Shown: in pieces, positions 37,942 to 47,337 of the stretch
Layout of the letters: each line of letters starts with the position of its first letter
How positions within the stretch are numbered: the first letter of the stretch is position 1
Assembly (NCBI GenBank): GCA_017992005.1
Contig: JAGOPO010000001.1
Location: 4,646 to 68,645, forward strand
DNA length: 64,000 bases
Direction of reading: 5' to 3'
Origin: Minisyncoccota bacterium
GTDB taxonomy: Bacteria > Patescibacteriota > Minisyncoccia > 2-02-FULL-40-12 > GWA2-44-9
Notes under the pieces: model-generated
Seen by the model: the letters and a program-made list of their open reading frames with translations, nothing else
Told to the model about the DNA's origin: nothing
The model's database searches: none
Program-made: the position numbers and the translations under genes

Positions 37942-39669
37942 CTAGAGATGAAGTACGTCGAGAGTGTGTCCGGAGTCAACAAGATCCCGAACCCTCAAGA
38001 ACATGTCGTTGGGGATATCGCTGAAGTTCAACGGTTCCCCCTCGTTTTCAAGAAGCTTCGTTGCGTCGTCCAATGAGATGAGATAGTCGTAGAACGCGTC
38101 ATCCATGACAGGATCAAACAGAACGCCGCTCGTATTCGGTCGTGCAGGTTGAAATGAAAGTCCAAATACACGGGTGAGTTCGGCGCGAACCGTGGAGTCG
38201 TTGATGAGCGTCGTGCCGGGGTACCACGTCATCGTGAACATTTTGGTATTCACTGATTCGGGGTTGATGCCGAATTGACTATAGTACTCCATTTGCCATT
38301 GCATGAAGAGAACGCTCTCTTTGATATCGGCAAGTGTTTCTGTTGGCGAACCGATAATCCATGTGCAGTTAGCGTGAATGTTAAATCGTCGAGCATTTTG
38401 AATGCCAACAATCATGGAGGTGGGGAATGAATGAGGCGAACCTCCAACATGAACCTCCATCATGCCATTACTAAGCGTGTGACCGCCCTTGCCGATTGCT
38501 TTGAGAACATCAGCGCTTGCGCTTTCTGCACCGAAGCCGATATAGGCGCAGCCGCCTTTAGCCATCAGCTCCACACGGAGTGGGCTCTCGGTCTTGCCAT
38601 TAATGAGTCCTGCGGCTTCGTCTAAGCGTGTATGGGTGCCCCAGGCAACTAAGTTCTTGATTTCTATGATTCGATCGACAGTGACAGCAAAGTTGTCATC
38701 AGGAAACGCATGGAACTTAATGCCGTAGCGGTCGATGTGGTCATGGAGTTCCCGCATAATGTGATCAGCGGAACGGACACCCCAATTGCGTTCGCCCTGC
38801 GTCTTGCGGAAGCAGTACTTGCATCCGAATGGGCACCCACGACTGGAGACTGATGTGGTCTTAGGGATCACATCCGCGTCACTCCATGGCGCAGCAGACG
38901 AATTGTTGGCACTGGCACTCCATGCGGGAGTGTGAAGATACCAATCAAGTACCGGATTGCCGTCAACGTCAGAGCGCAGAAGCTCCAAATCGGCATAGGG
39001 AAGTGCATCGAGATTGCGTGGCCGATTGCCAGCGTACAAGAATCGGTGACGTTCCCCAATGATACCCAGATGGTAGGGGTCGAGCATCCCAGAGCGAGCT
39101 GCTCTCTCAATGCCAAGATCGCTAACGATTTTAGCATCGTATGCAATCTTAATCATGATGTCGTCGCCTTCGGAGTGTGCGGCGCCATCAAGCTTGGGCA
39201 TGTACTGGAATAATCCTTCTTTGAGTTCGGTTGCCAGTCCACCACCGGACACCACGAAGACATCGGGAAGAATTGTGCGCACGATATCGAGCATGTTTTT
39301 CTGCCAACGGAGCGTGGTGATTTTACCCGAGAATGCGACACAGTGCGGCTCGCCGTGTTTCTCGATGTGGCGCTTTATGAGACCCGCCGCCTCGTCAAGA
39401 TTTAGGTGCCGTCCCCAGGGCAGGCGCGGATTTTGAGTAGTTAGGCGATAGGCATTTAGGTCGATGATCGTCGCCTCGACGCCGTAGTGTTGGCGCAGGC
39501 GGGTCGCCAGAAGGAGTGGCCCTTCTGGAGTCACGTTGGGTCGCGCCGTCTCTCGGAGCGGCATGTTGACGAACAGGACCCGAACGCCTGATAGGTGAGA
39601 CGGAGTGATAGATGCAATGACATCTGCCGGATGCAGTTCTAGCTGCGGAGCAACTGGAATTGTAGACAC
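37942..39669 (-). CDS. B12-binding domain-containing (class B) radical SAM enzyme
   Basis: CPFGCKYC (CxxxCxxC) radical SAM motif; N-terminal cobalamin-binding-like domain (VRVLFVNMP...ATRLRQHYGVEATIIDLN). Confidence 0.85.
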   Translation of the reverse strand: MSTIPVAPQLELHPADVIASITPSHLSGVRVLFVNMPLRETARPNVTPEGPLLLATRLRQHYGVEATIIDLNAYRLTTQNPRLPWGRHLNLDEAAGLIKRHIEKHGEPHCVAFSGKITTLRWQKNMLDIVRTILPDVFVVSGGGLATELKEGLFQYMPKLDGAAHSEGDDIMIKIAYDAKIVSDLGIERAARSGMLDPYHLGIIGERHRFLYAGNRPRNLDALPYADLELLRSDVDGNPVLDWYLHTPAWSASANNSSAAPWSDADVIPKTTSVSSRGCPFGCKYCFRKTQGERNWGVRSADHIMRELHDHIDRYGIKFHAFPDDNFAVTVDRIIEIKNLVAWGTHTRLDEAAGLINGKTESPLRVELMAKGGCAYIGFGAESASADVLKAIGKGGHTLSNGMMEVHVGGSPHSFPTSMIVGIQNARRFNIHANCTWIIGSPTETLADIKESVLFMQWQMEYYSQFGINPESVNTKMFTMTWYPGTTLINDSTVRAELTRVFGLSFQPARPNTSGVLFDPVMDDAFYDYLISLDDATKLLENEGEPLNFSDIPNDMFLRVRDLVDSGHTLDVLHL

Positions 39670-39786
39670 GAAGGAAACCTCCTTAAGAAATTGATTGGAA
39701 AAGTGCAGCGGTAGTATAGCAGAACATTGACGAAATGCAATGTTTGAGTTATTATATTATCATTCTTTTACAAAGGAGTAGCAATT

Positions 39787-40299
39787 ATGTGGATCACACA
39801 ATACGACGTTCTTCGACCGAAATTCGCTTCAATTGAGATCCTCGCATTGGACTTTGACGGCACGCTTACTGATGGTTTTGTGCACGTCCGACAGGATGGC
39901 ATGGAGACCGTTCGGTGTAGTCGTCGTGATAGCTTGGGCACCAATTTGCTTCAGGCAGCAGGTGTCAAAGTGGTTATCATCTCCAAGGAGACGAATCCAG
40001 TTGTACAGACGCGTGCCCAGAAGATGAAGGTTGACTGCTATCACGGAGTAGCTACTGGCGAGGGCAAGCTTGAAATTCTTCGTCGATACGCAGCGGAACG
40101 CCAAGTTCCACTTGAGAGAGTGTCCTACATGGGAGATGACATCAACGATCTGGAGTGCATTAAGGCCGTAGGCCTTGGTATCACTGTTGCCGATGGCCAT
40201 CCCATGTGCATTGGAGGCGCTGATTTCGTGACTACGCGCAAGGGTGGCGAGCACGCGGTGCGCGAAGTCTGCGATCTTATTTTGGAGGCAAAACGATGA
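39787..40299 (+). CDS. HAD-superfamily KdsC-type phosphatase (KDO-8-P / nonulosonate-9-P phosphatase family)
   Basis: ILALDFDGTLTDG...VVIISKE...SYMGDDINDLECIKAVGLGITVADGHP. Confidence 0.85.
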   Translation: MWITQYDVLRPKFASIEILALDFDGTLTDGFVHVRQDGMETVRCSRRDSLGTNLLQAAGVKVVIISKETNPVVQTRAQKMKVDCYHGVATGEGKLEILRRYAAERQVPLERVSYMGDDINDLECIKAVGLGITVADGHPMCIGGADFVTTRKGGEHAVREVCDLILEAKR

Positions 40300-41135
40300 C
40301 ATTTCCTATCGCAATTCTGCAGGGAAGATTGTCGCAGTCCCCCGATGAGCGATTTCAGTTTTTCCCTTATTATTGGGCAAGTGAGTTTCTTGCTGCTCAA
40401 GTAATGGGATTCGAGGGCATTGAGTGGCTGTGCGACGCCCCCGAGATGGAGGACAATAGCAATCCGGTACTCCTCAAGCAGGGCTCACAGCTGATTCGGA
40501 CTGCGGAGCTTCGCTCAGCTGTTCGTGTGGCTTCGGTATGCGCTGATTGGTTCATGAAGTACGATTTGCGCTCGTTGAGTGGAGCGCGGACATTGCCTTG
40601 GTTGACCTCGGCAATTCACCGCGCGGAATTAACCACCAATCGGGTTGTTCTGATCCCGCTATTGGAGGCGCATGCTCCAAAAAGTCTGGTGGAGCGGGAG
40701 AGGGTCCGCGAAAATCTCCAGATGATTCTGCCGATGTTGGCAAACTATCAAGTTTCGATCGCATTCGAAACGGAAATGAATGCCAGCGCATTGCAAGAAT
40801 TCGTGGATTCCTTCCAGAATGAGTACGTCGGCGTATACTACGATATCGGAAACTGTACGAGCTATGGCTTTGATTGCGCATCTGATATCAAGCGGCTCGC
40901 GCACCGAATCAAGGGGGTGCACGTCAAGGATCGTAAGAGGTATTCAACGAAATCGGTGTCACTTGGCACTGGTGACGCGAACATTCGAGGATGCCTCGAG
41001 TCCCTAGGTCACATAGGCTGGAGTGGAAGTCTCGTCCTGCAGGCGTTTCGAGGTGCTGCTACGTATCTGAAGGATGCCCAGCAGCAATTGACGTACATGA
41101 AGAAAATCCAAAAGGAGGTGTTTGGAAATGGATAA
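40296..41135 (+). CDS. Sugar phosphate isomerase/epimerase (xylose isomerase-like TIM barrel)
   Basis: FEGIEW..., VYYDIGNCTSYGFD...HVKD pattern typical of the AP_endonuc_2 / XylI-like TIM barrel. Confidence 0.7.
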   Translation: MTFPIAILQGRLSQSPDERFQFFPYYWASEFLAAQVMGFEGIEWLCDAPEMEDNSNPVLLKQGSQLIRTAELRSAVRVASVCADWFMKYDLRSLSGARTLPWLTSAIHRAELTTNRVVLIPLLEAHAPKSLVERERVRENLQMILPMLANYQVSIAFETEMNASALQEFVDSFQNEYVGVYYDIGNCTSYGFDCASDIKRLAHRIKGVHVKDRKRYSTKSVSLGTGDANIRGCLESLGHIGWSGSLVLQAFRGAATYLKDAQQQLTYMKKIQKEVFGNG

Positions 41136-41907
41136 GACATCAAATCCGTTCGATGTCGGTGATAAGGTCATTATCGTGACCGGTTCGTCTGGATTCCTTG
41201 GTCAGCAGTACGTGCGAGCGCTTCTAAAGGCTGGCGCGTATGTATACAGTTGGGATCGAGACGAATCACGTTCCGTTGACATCAAATCAGTTGATATCAC
41301 GAACGAAGGTTCCGTTGCAGAGGCTGTTGCGCGAATCATTGCCAATCGGGGACAGATCGATGGACTCGTCAACAACGCAGCCATGAATCCGGCGATCGGC
41401 TCAGGTGATTCGAAGTCACAGTTCGTGCCGTACGAGCAGTATGACATCGATCTCTTCCGGCGAGAGTTGGAAGTGAATCTCGTCGGTACGATGATCTGCA
41501 TCAAGCACGTTGCTCCATATATGATTGAGCAGAGGTCAGGCTCGATTGTGAACGTGGCATCTGAGGTAAGTGTCATCGCACATGATCATCGCGTCTACGA
41601 TGCAGGTGAGACGAAGTTTAAGAGCCCCGCATACACGGCGTCCAAGACAGCGGTGCTGGGCCTAACGCGTCAGTGGGCGGCACGTCTTGGTCGGCACGGG
41701 GTTCGCGTCAACGCGCTCTCTATTGGAGGCGTCCAGCGCGACGGCATGCCTGCTGACTTTGTTGAGCGTTTCGGTGCAACGACGATGTTGCAGCGGATGG
41801 CTCAGCCGGGCGAGTATTGTGCCACTCTGCAGTATTTGCTCTCGGATGCATCGTCGTTCATGACGGGCAACAACCTGATCGTGGATGGCGGTAAGCATGC
41901 CTGGTAA
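41122..41907 (+). CDS. SDR-family oxidoreductase
   Basis: IIVTGSSGFLGQQYVRAL glycine motif; YTASKTAVLGLTRQWA catalytic YxxxK. Confidence 0.85.
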   Translation: MEMDKTSNPFDVGDKVIIVTGSSGFLGQQYVRALLKAGAYVYSWDRDESRSVDIKSVDITNEGSVAEAVARIIANRGQIDGLVNNAAMNPAIGSGDSKSQFVPYEQYDIDLFRRELEVNLVGTMICIKHVAPYMIEQRSGSIVNVASEVSVIAHDHRVYDAGETKFKSPAYTASKTAVLGLTRQWAARLGRHGVRVNALSIGGVQRDGMPADFVERFGATTMLQRMAQPGEYCATLQYLLSDASSFMTGNNLIVDGGKHAW

Positions 41908-41914
41908 TCCGTTC

Positions 41915-41968
41915 GCCCCCGGTACGCCGGGGGCCTTTTCTTGACTTATATAGTGAAATCAGTACAAT
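41915..41968 (+). promoter_or_regulatory. GC-rich hairpin terminator (gcccccgg-tacg-ccgggggc + CTTTTC) immediately followed by promoter TTGACT-16nt-TACAAT for neuB (SD AAGGAGA before the ATG at 42000)
   Basis: Read directly; hexamers at 41941-41946 and 41963-41968. Confidence 0.55.
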
Positions 41969-41999
41969 TGCGCCAGCATTCTTTACAAGGAGATACGAA

Positions 42000-42968
42000 A
42001 TGAACCCGATTCGAATCGGATCACGTTGGGTGGGAAATGGCTTTCCCTGTCTTGTCATCGCTGAAATCGGCATCAACCATAACGGTTCTGTCGAAATCGC
42101 AAAACAGCTCATCGACGTTGCCGTCGATGCTGGTTGCGAAATGGTGAAGTTCCAGAAGCGCACCATCGATGTCGTCTACACGCAGGACGAGCTCGCGAAG
42201 CTTCGTGCGTTTGATAGAAGCATCATCAAGCATGCGGTCGAGCGCTCGGGCCGCTATGGATATTCCGTTCTAGGCTCAGTTGCGGAGGCTCGTTTGCATG
42301 CCAATCCCGAAGCGACCACGAACGGAGATCTGAAGCTCGCACTCGAGTTCAATCAGCCCGAGTATCGAGAGATTGACGCGTATTGTCGGGAGCGGGGCAT
42401 CATGTGGTGCGCTTCTCCTTGGGATGAGGCAAGCGTCGATTTTCTGGAGCAGTTCAATCCCGTGTGCTACAAGCTTGCGTCGGCTTCTATCACCGATCGC
42501 AAGCTGCTCGAGCATGTGCGAAGCAAGGGTCGTCCCGTAATTCTTTCGACAGGAATGAGTACCATGGAGCAGGTGCTTGCGTCGACGGGTATTGTCGGCG
42601 ATGTGCCACTGGTGATTCTGCACTGCAACAGCACATATCCGACGGCGGATGAAGACGAGAACCTTCGCGTCATCACGACGCTTCAGAATGAGTTTCCGTT
42701 TACGCCCATCGGATACTCGGGACACGGTCATGGCACCACCCCAAGTGTTGCCACTGTCGCACTGGGAGCGAGCGTCATCGAACGGCACATCACTCTTGAT
42801 CGTGCGATGCCTGGCTCGGACCAGTCCGCGTCGCTTGAGCCCTCTGGCATCAAGCATCTCGTACATAACGTTCGGCGCCTCGAGAAGGCGCTTGGCGACG
42901 GTATGAAGCGAGTGACGCCGGCCGAAGTTGCTATTGCCGCAAAGCTGCGTCGGAAGACCGACTTCTGA
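42000..42968 (+). CDS. neuB: N-acetylneuraminate (nonulosonic acid) synthase family protein (NeuB/PseI/LegI-like)
   Basis: GNGFPCLVIAEIGINHNGSVEIAKQLIDVAVDAGCEMVKFQKRT NeuB N-terminal signature; the C-terminal SAF domain appears short or absent. Confidence 0.9.
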   Translation: MNPIRIGSRWVGNGFPCLVIAEIGINHNGSVEIAKQLIDVAVDAGCEMVKFQKRTIDVVYTQDELAKLRAFDRSIIKHAVERSGRYGYSVLGSVAEARLHANPEATTNGDLKLALEFNQPEYREIDAYCRERGIMWCASPWDEASVDFLEQFNPVCYKLASASITDRKLLEHVRSKGRPVILSTGMSTMEQVLASTGIVGDVPLVILHCNSTYPTADEDENLRVITTLQNEFPFTPIGYSGHGHGTTPSVATVALGASVIERHITLDRAMPGSDQSASLEPSGIKHLVHNVRRLEKALGDGMKRVTPAEVAIAAKLRRKTDF

Positions 42969-42972
42969 CGCA

Positions 42973-43009
42973 CACCCCGTCCACGTGGACGGGGTGTTTT
43001 CTTTTTCGT
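42973..43009 (+). terminator. Rho-independent terminator (caccccgtcc-acgt-ggacggggtg + TTTTCTTTTT)
   Basis: Seen directly after the neuB stop. Confidence 0.8.
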
Positions 43010-43021
43010 ACACTACACATA

Positions 43022-43978
43022 ATGCATATCGAACACTGGGATGTTGATGCGGAGGTTAAAAAAGAGGCGCAAGAAAATTATCGAACAAAGTTCGCACTTT
43101 CACTTGCAGGAAAGGATGCACTTACTATAGTACGAGAGCTCACGTTTGATGGCGTTGCTCCTCTCATCACTATTGATGATCTTGATTGCCTCCTTCGGTG
43201 GATTGAGAAATACTTACTGCGAAAGAATTTTTCCGGTGTTGGCGTGGAGGTTGGAGCGGGGCCGCTAGTGTTTAGCTCGGTACTCGCGCGTTGTACTGCC
43301 GTTACCAAGATGTATGGTATTGAGATATGTCAGCCTATTGTTGAGCAATTGTTTCCTGGTGTTGCACGCGGTATCGCTCAGGAGAATACAAGCAAGCTCG
43401 TCGGCGTTGTCGGAAGTTTTGATGACATGCAGCTGCCTGATGCATCTGTCGATTTTGTATTTGATTTCTTCTCGCTACATCACTCACTCGATATTGAAGT
43501 AACATTTCGCGAGATAGCTCGAGTCCTAAAACCGGGCGGCTTTCTTCTGATGCTTGATAAAGCACGTCCGGATAGTTATTCGCAGGATGATTTGGACGCT
43601 TTACTAGACACACGTTATGGGCCTGAATATAATAAACAGTTCGGAATACCCGCAGAGCAGGTGATGACCCGCCGACTCAACGGAGAGCGTGAGTATCGAC
43701 GACGTGATTGGTGGGGCGCAGCATACAATGCAGGGATTCGGGTATTTGAATCGTGGCGGATTGAAAAGCCAGATTCTGGGGGAGTTATCGGTAAGATTAA
43801 GTTAGCACTTTCTATTTTGCCCCCAAATATTCAACTACTATTATCGCGATTTATTCCACAAAGAAAGCAAACGCATAAATTTATATTAGATGATTCATCT
43901 CGTGTCTTTACTCGACATATGGAGCACTTTCGTAAAGAAATGTCGGTTATGATAGCTTATAAAAATGAGCGTACTTAA
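43022..43978 (+). CDS. Class I SAM-dependent methyltransferase
   Basis: VGVEVGAGPLVF...; VDFVFDFFSLHH...IARVLKPGGFLLMLD. Confidence 0.75.
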   Translation: MHIEHWDVDAEVKKEAQENYRTKFALSLAGKDALTIVRELTFDGVAPLITIDDLDCLLRWIEKYLLRKNFSGVGVEVGAGPLVFSSVLARCTAVTKMYGIEICQPIVEQLFPGVARGIAQENTSKLVGVVGSFDDMQLPDASVDFVFDFFSLHHSLDIEVTFREIARVLKPGGFLLMLDKARPDSYSQDDLDALLDTRYGPEYNKQFGIPAEQVMTRRLNGEREYRRRDWWGAAYNAGIRVFESWRIEKPDSGGVIGKIKLALSILPPNIQLLLSRFIPQRKQTHKFILDDSSRVFTRHMEHFRKEMSVMIAYKNERT

Positions 43979-44663
43979 TAGAATTCGTCATGCGGTACGA
44001 GATTTGTTTTGGTACCCTGTATATATTGATTCAGACTCTACCTATAATAGGTATTGGTCTCAACGGGATATGTTTGCGACATTGAATGGCTTCCAGGCTG
44101 ATCGCGTTCGGATGATCGATGCGACTCTGCGGGATGGCGATTCTGTGCTCGATATCGGTTGCGGCGATGGTAGAATTCTTTCCGAGCTTCTGAAGAGAAG
44201 GGATATTACCGCATTAGGAATCGATAGTTCTGAGGATGCTCTCGGTGTGGCACAGCAACGAGGGGTGCCTGTGCAAAGAGTTGATATTCGAAAATTGGAC
44301 CCTGATGCTATTGGGACATATGACTGGGTCTTGTTGTTGGAAGTCTTGGAGCATATGAGCAATTGTGAGGAGCTCTTAGAGTGTGCACGTGTGCACGCCA
44401 GAAAGGCAGTGATATTTTCGGTGCCCAATACTGGCTACATAACGCACCGACTTAGGCTCTTGTTTGGACGTTTCCCGCTTCAATGGCGTGCGCATCCAGG
44501 TGAGCATGTCCGTTTTTGGACGTATCGAGATATGCAGTATTGGCTTGCATCTCTTGATTATGAGCAAGACATAAGGCCGTACCAGGGTATTCCGATATTG
44601 CGTCGCATCTGGCCGAGCCTATTTGCGGCCGGGCTTTTTATAGTTGTACGCTCTCGAAGCTAG
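43965..44663 (+). CDS. Class I SAM-dependent methyltransferase (MetW/Methyltransf_11-like)
   Basis: VLDIGCGDGRILSEL...DWVLLLEVLEHMSN. Confidence 0.75.
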   Translation: MSVLNRIRHAVRDLFWYPVYIDSDSTYNRYWSQRDMFATLNGFQADRVRMIDATLRDGDSVLDIGCGDGRILSELLKRRDITALGIDSSEDALGVAQQRGVPVQRVDIRKLDPDAIGTYDWVLLLEVLEHMSNCEELLECARVHARKAVIFSVPNTGYITHRLRLLFGRFPLQWRAHPGEHVRFWTYRDMQYWLASLDYEQDIRPYQGIPILRRIWPSLFAAGLFIVVRSRS

Positions 44664-45982
44664 CTTAGTAGTTTGCGACTCTCGTATTCCCATAATACAC
44701 AATTGAGCACCGTGCCAATTACCTGAGTAATAAGCGCAGCCCATACAAGACCCCAAATACCCCAGGCGCTACCGAGGAATAGATAAAGTATTATCTTAAG
44801 GGAGTGGCCAACTGTCGAGCTGATATATAGTGGCTTGAGCATTCGTTTGCCCCTAAAAATGCTAGCGATGTAAGAGTTTGGAAGTGTAAACACAGTTGTG
44901 AACATGAATACTCTGGAATATGCGATTGATTCTAAGTATTGAGGAAAAATAAATGAAAAAAGATGTGGTGCAACTATCCAGTAGCTTATGCTTACCAAGA
45001 AGCCCAAGCTTGCGCCCTGAAGGATTCGAGTATAGAAAACAGGTCGTATAGTGGATAGCTCCCTGCTAGACATCTTAGGCAACAAGAGAGCGGCGATGCT
45101 TTTTGCGTAGCTTTTAATTCGCTCAGGTGCGGCTTGGGCTAGTGAGTAGACCGCAAGCTGAACAGAACCAGTATTTTGGAATAGAAGCACCTTATCAATG
45201 TATTGATCTACTGTCGCTAATACATTCATGAATGATAGGTGGCCGCCGTAGGTTGCTAGCTGTGATTTCATTTGGCTAGACAAAGACGGGTGATGAGAGG
45301 CAGAGATAATTCTTCGATAGAAATATAGACCTGGAAGTAGCGTGCCTAGTGCATAAGCGATTACAATGATGAGAATATTTTTTGTGAGAATTGTTGCCGT
45401 AATGAGTAGGATGGAATAGGTGAGCGTACCCAATGCGTTATAGAGGGAAGCAGTCCGAAAATCTCTTTTCCCTGAAAGATATGCCCCGTATGTGTTAAGA
45501 GCCGAAGATATCGGAAACGATATACCCAAGATAAAAAGACCAAATGAAAGGACGGTGTTTCCCTGAACAAGATAATAGAGTGACCCAATAATCGACGCTA
45601 TAAAATACGCCGTATTCCATTTCAATTGCAAATGCACACTAAAAGGAAGCGCTCCCTGAACGCCGCTTGCCGTCATCTGCGTGACTGCCGTGTTCATGCC
45701 TGTTAATGTAAGGAATCCGAGCATTCCCGCTATTGAGAGGAGGTATTTGTAGGTGCCATAGTCCTGTGGCGATAAATAGTGTGCAAAGACAAGAATTTGA
45801 GCTAGTGACAAAATAGATCCAAGTGTTTGACCAAAGCCCGTCCAAAAACCACCTCGAACTAAATATAGATTGTCAGTTCCCGTGAGTGATTGAGTGCGGA
45901 CAACGAGTGCACGTAAGTAGCCCTTGACACGTGTAATCATGATAGTTATATTATAGCCTATCTTCGCATCTTTGGCAATCAC
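44660..45982 (-). CDS. MOP-superfamily oligosaccharide flippase (Wzx / Polysacc_synt family)
   Basis: About 12 TM helices; N-terminal GFWTGFGQTLGSILSLAQILVFAHYLSPQDYGTYKYL typical of Wzx-type proteins. Confidence 0.8.
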   Translation of the reverse strand: MIAKDAKIGYNITIMITRVKGYLRALVVRTQSLTGTDNLYLVRGGFWTGFGQTLGSILSLAQILVFAHYLSPQDYGTYKYLLSIAGMLGFLTLTGMNTAVTQMTASGVQGALPFSVHLQLKWNTAYFIASIIGSLYYLVQGNTVLSFGLFILGISFPISSALNTYGAYLSGKRDFRTASLYNALGTLTYSILLITATILTKNILIIVIAYALGTLLPGLYFYRRIISASHHPSLSSQMKSQLATYGGHLSFMNVLATVDQYIDKVLLFQNTGSVQLAVYSLAQAAPERIKSYAKSIAALLLPKMSSRELSTIRPVFYTRILQGASLGFLVSISYWIVAPHLFSFIFPQYLESIAYSRVFMFTTVFTLPNSYIASIFRGKRMLKPLYISSTVGHSLKIILYLFLGSAWGIWGLVWAALITQVIGTVLNCVLWEYESRKLLS

Positions 45983-45999
45983 GGATAGCCCAGAGAATC

Positions 46000-47337
46000 A
46001 TGTATAGTACGTTGATGATGCTTCTAGAAAAAATTACGACTTCCATACGGCATCGTTTTGTTCGGGACAATATGATGCTTCAAATTGGATCATTGGGGGC
46101 GATGCTGGCGCAAGCCATAGGTGGTGTAATCCTTGCGCGGATTCTTGGCCCTCAGGAGTACGGGCGATTTGCAATTGTTATGTCAATGGCTGCTGTGGGA
46201 AGCGTATTTCTAGGTGCGGGCGCCGCTGATGCATTGGCCCCTATGTTAACTCGAGCCTATCATCGTGAAGATGATGGCGAAGTCCGCCGGGTATTCCTAT
46301 TTTTAGGAGGCTTTGTTATAAGCGCAGCTTTATTTTCAAGTGCACTTGGCCTTACGATGCCGCTGATTGCGAGGCATCTCTATGGAGATCGAATGATAGG
46401 ATGGCTGGGTTTTTTGGTCCTCATGGCTTCATCAATTTCAACGCTCATTTTAGTACCAACTCAACTTGGTCTACAGGTTGCAGGGAAGATTAAGCAGCTT
46501 GCACTCCTCACGCTTACTGATCAGTTTGTTCGACAGACACTCGTTCTCGTCCTTGCAGCGCTTGGCCTCGGAATCGCTGGAGCTGGCGTGGGCCACACTG
46601 TCGGCGCTATCGTGGTCTTATTTATTGCGTATTGGTTTTGGTCTCGACTGCGTAGGCAGTGGGGAGCGTTACCTACGGTGCCTCAAATGATGGCTCATAT
46701 ATCTCACACAAGAGATTCAAGCCTTATCGCACCAACGTTGTGGGTCCTTGCTGATCGTAATATTGCAATGCTCTATGGAGCGGCACCGATTTCAATCGCG
46801 GCGTTATCTCTTGTCGCAAGCGACGTATCGTATTTTAAGATCGCACTTGGCTGGGTAACGCTTGCGCTATCCGTGATAAGTCCAATTTCTAGCCTTTTAA
46901 ATACGGAGTTAGCTCGTATTCAAGTACAGCGACCGCAGCTACTCCGACGTCGCTTCTTGCAGATTACTGGTGGCGCAATTGCAGTCACGTGTGCTGTTAC
47001 ATTCGGGGCGGCGTTGATGGCAAGGCCAATGTTTTCACTTTTATATGGACCGCAATATGCACTGGCTGTGCCGCTTGTCTATAATCTTATTCCATTTGGA
47101 GCGCTTTTTGGTTTGGGTGTGGCTTTGGGGCCAATGTGGCGCATCATGAACCGCGTCAGGCATTCTATTGTAATTAATATCGTAGTTTTGGTCGTCGGCG
47201 TTCCGTTGGCGCTTTTTAGTATGCAGCACTGGGGTGTTATTGGTGCGATTGGCATGGTGACTGGATGGTATGCTGCGTCACATGCGATATCCTTCTGGTA
47301 TCTTTTGAAACTATTGGGTAAGATGCAGACACCATGA
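46000..47337 (+). CDS. MOP-superfamily polysaccharide biosynthesis/export protein (second Wzx-like flippase)
   Basis: GSLGAMLAQAIGGVILARILGPQEYGRFAIVMSMAAVG; multi-TM; start could be the internal ATG near 46072. Confidence 0.75.
   Translation: MYSTLMMLLEKITTSIRHRFVRDNMMLQIGSLGAMLAQAIGGVILARILGPQEYGRFAIVMSMAAVGSVFLGAGAADALAPMLTRAYHREDDGEVRRVFLFLGGFVISAALFSSALGLTMPLIARHLYGDRMIGWLGFLVLMASSISTLILVPTQLGLQVAGKIKQLALLTLTDQFVRQTLVLVLAALGLGIAGAGVGHTVGAIVVLFIAYWFWSRLRRQWGALPTVPQMMAHISHTRDSSLIAPTLWVLADRNIAMLYGAAPISIAALSLVASDVSYFKIALGWVTLALSVISPISSLLNTELARIQVQRPQLLRRRFLQITGGAIAVTCAVTFGAALMARPMFSLLYGPQYALAVPLVYNLIPFGALFGLGVALGPMWRIMNRVRHSIVINIVVLVVGVPLALFSMQHWGVIGAIGMVTGWYAASHAISFWYLLKLLGKMQTP

Noticed and set aside
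42276-43013. 245-aa minus-strand ORF
   Set aside because: Antisense to neuB, which carries the unmistakable NeuB signature, and runs through the neuB terminator.
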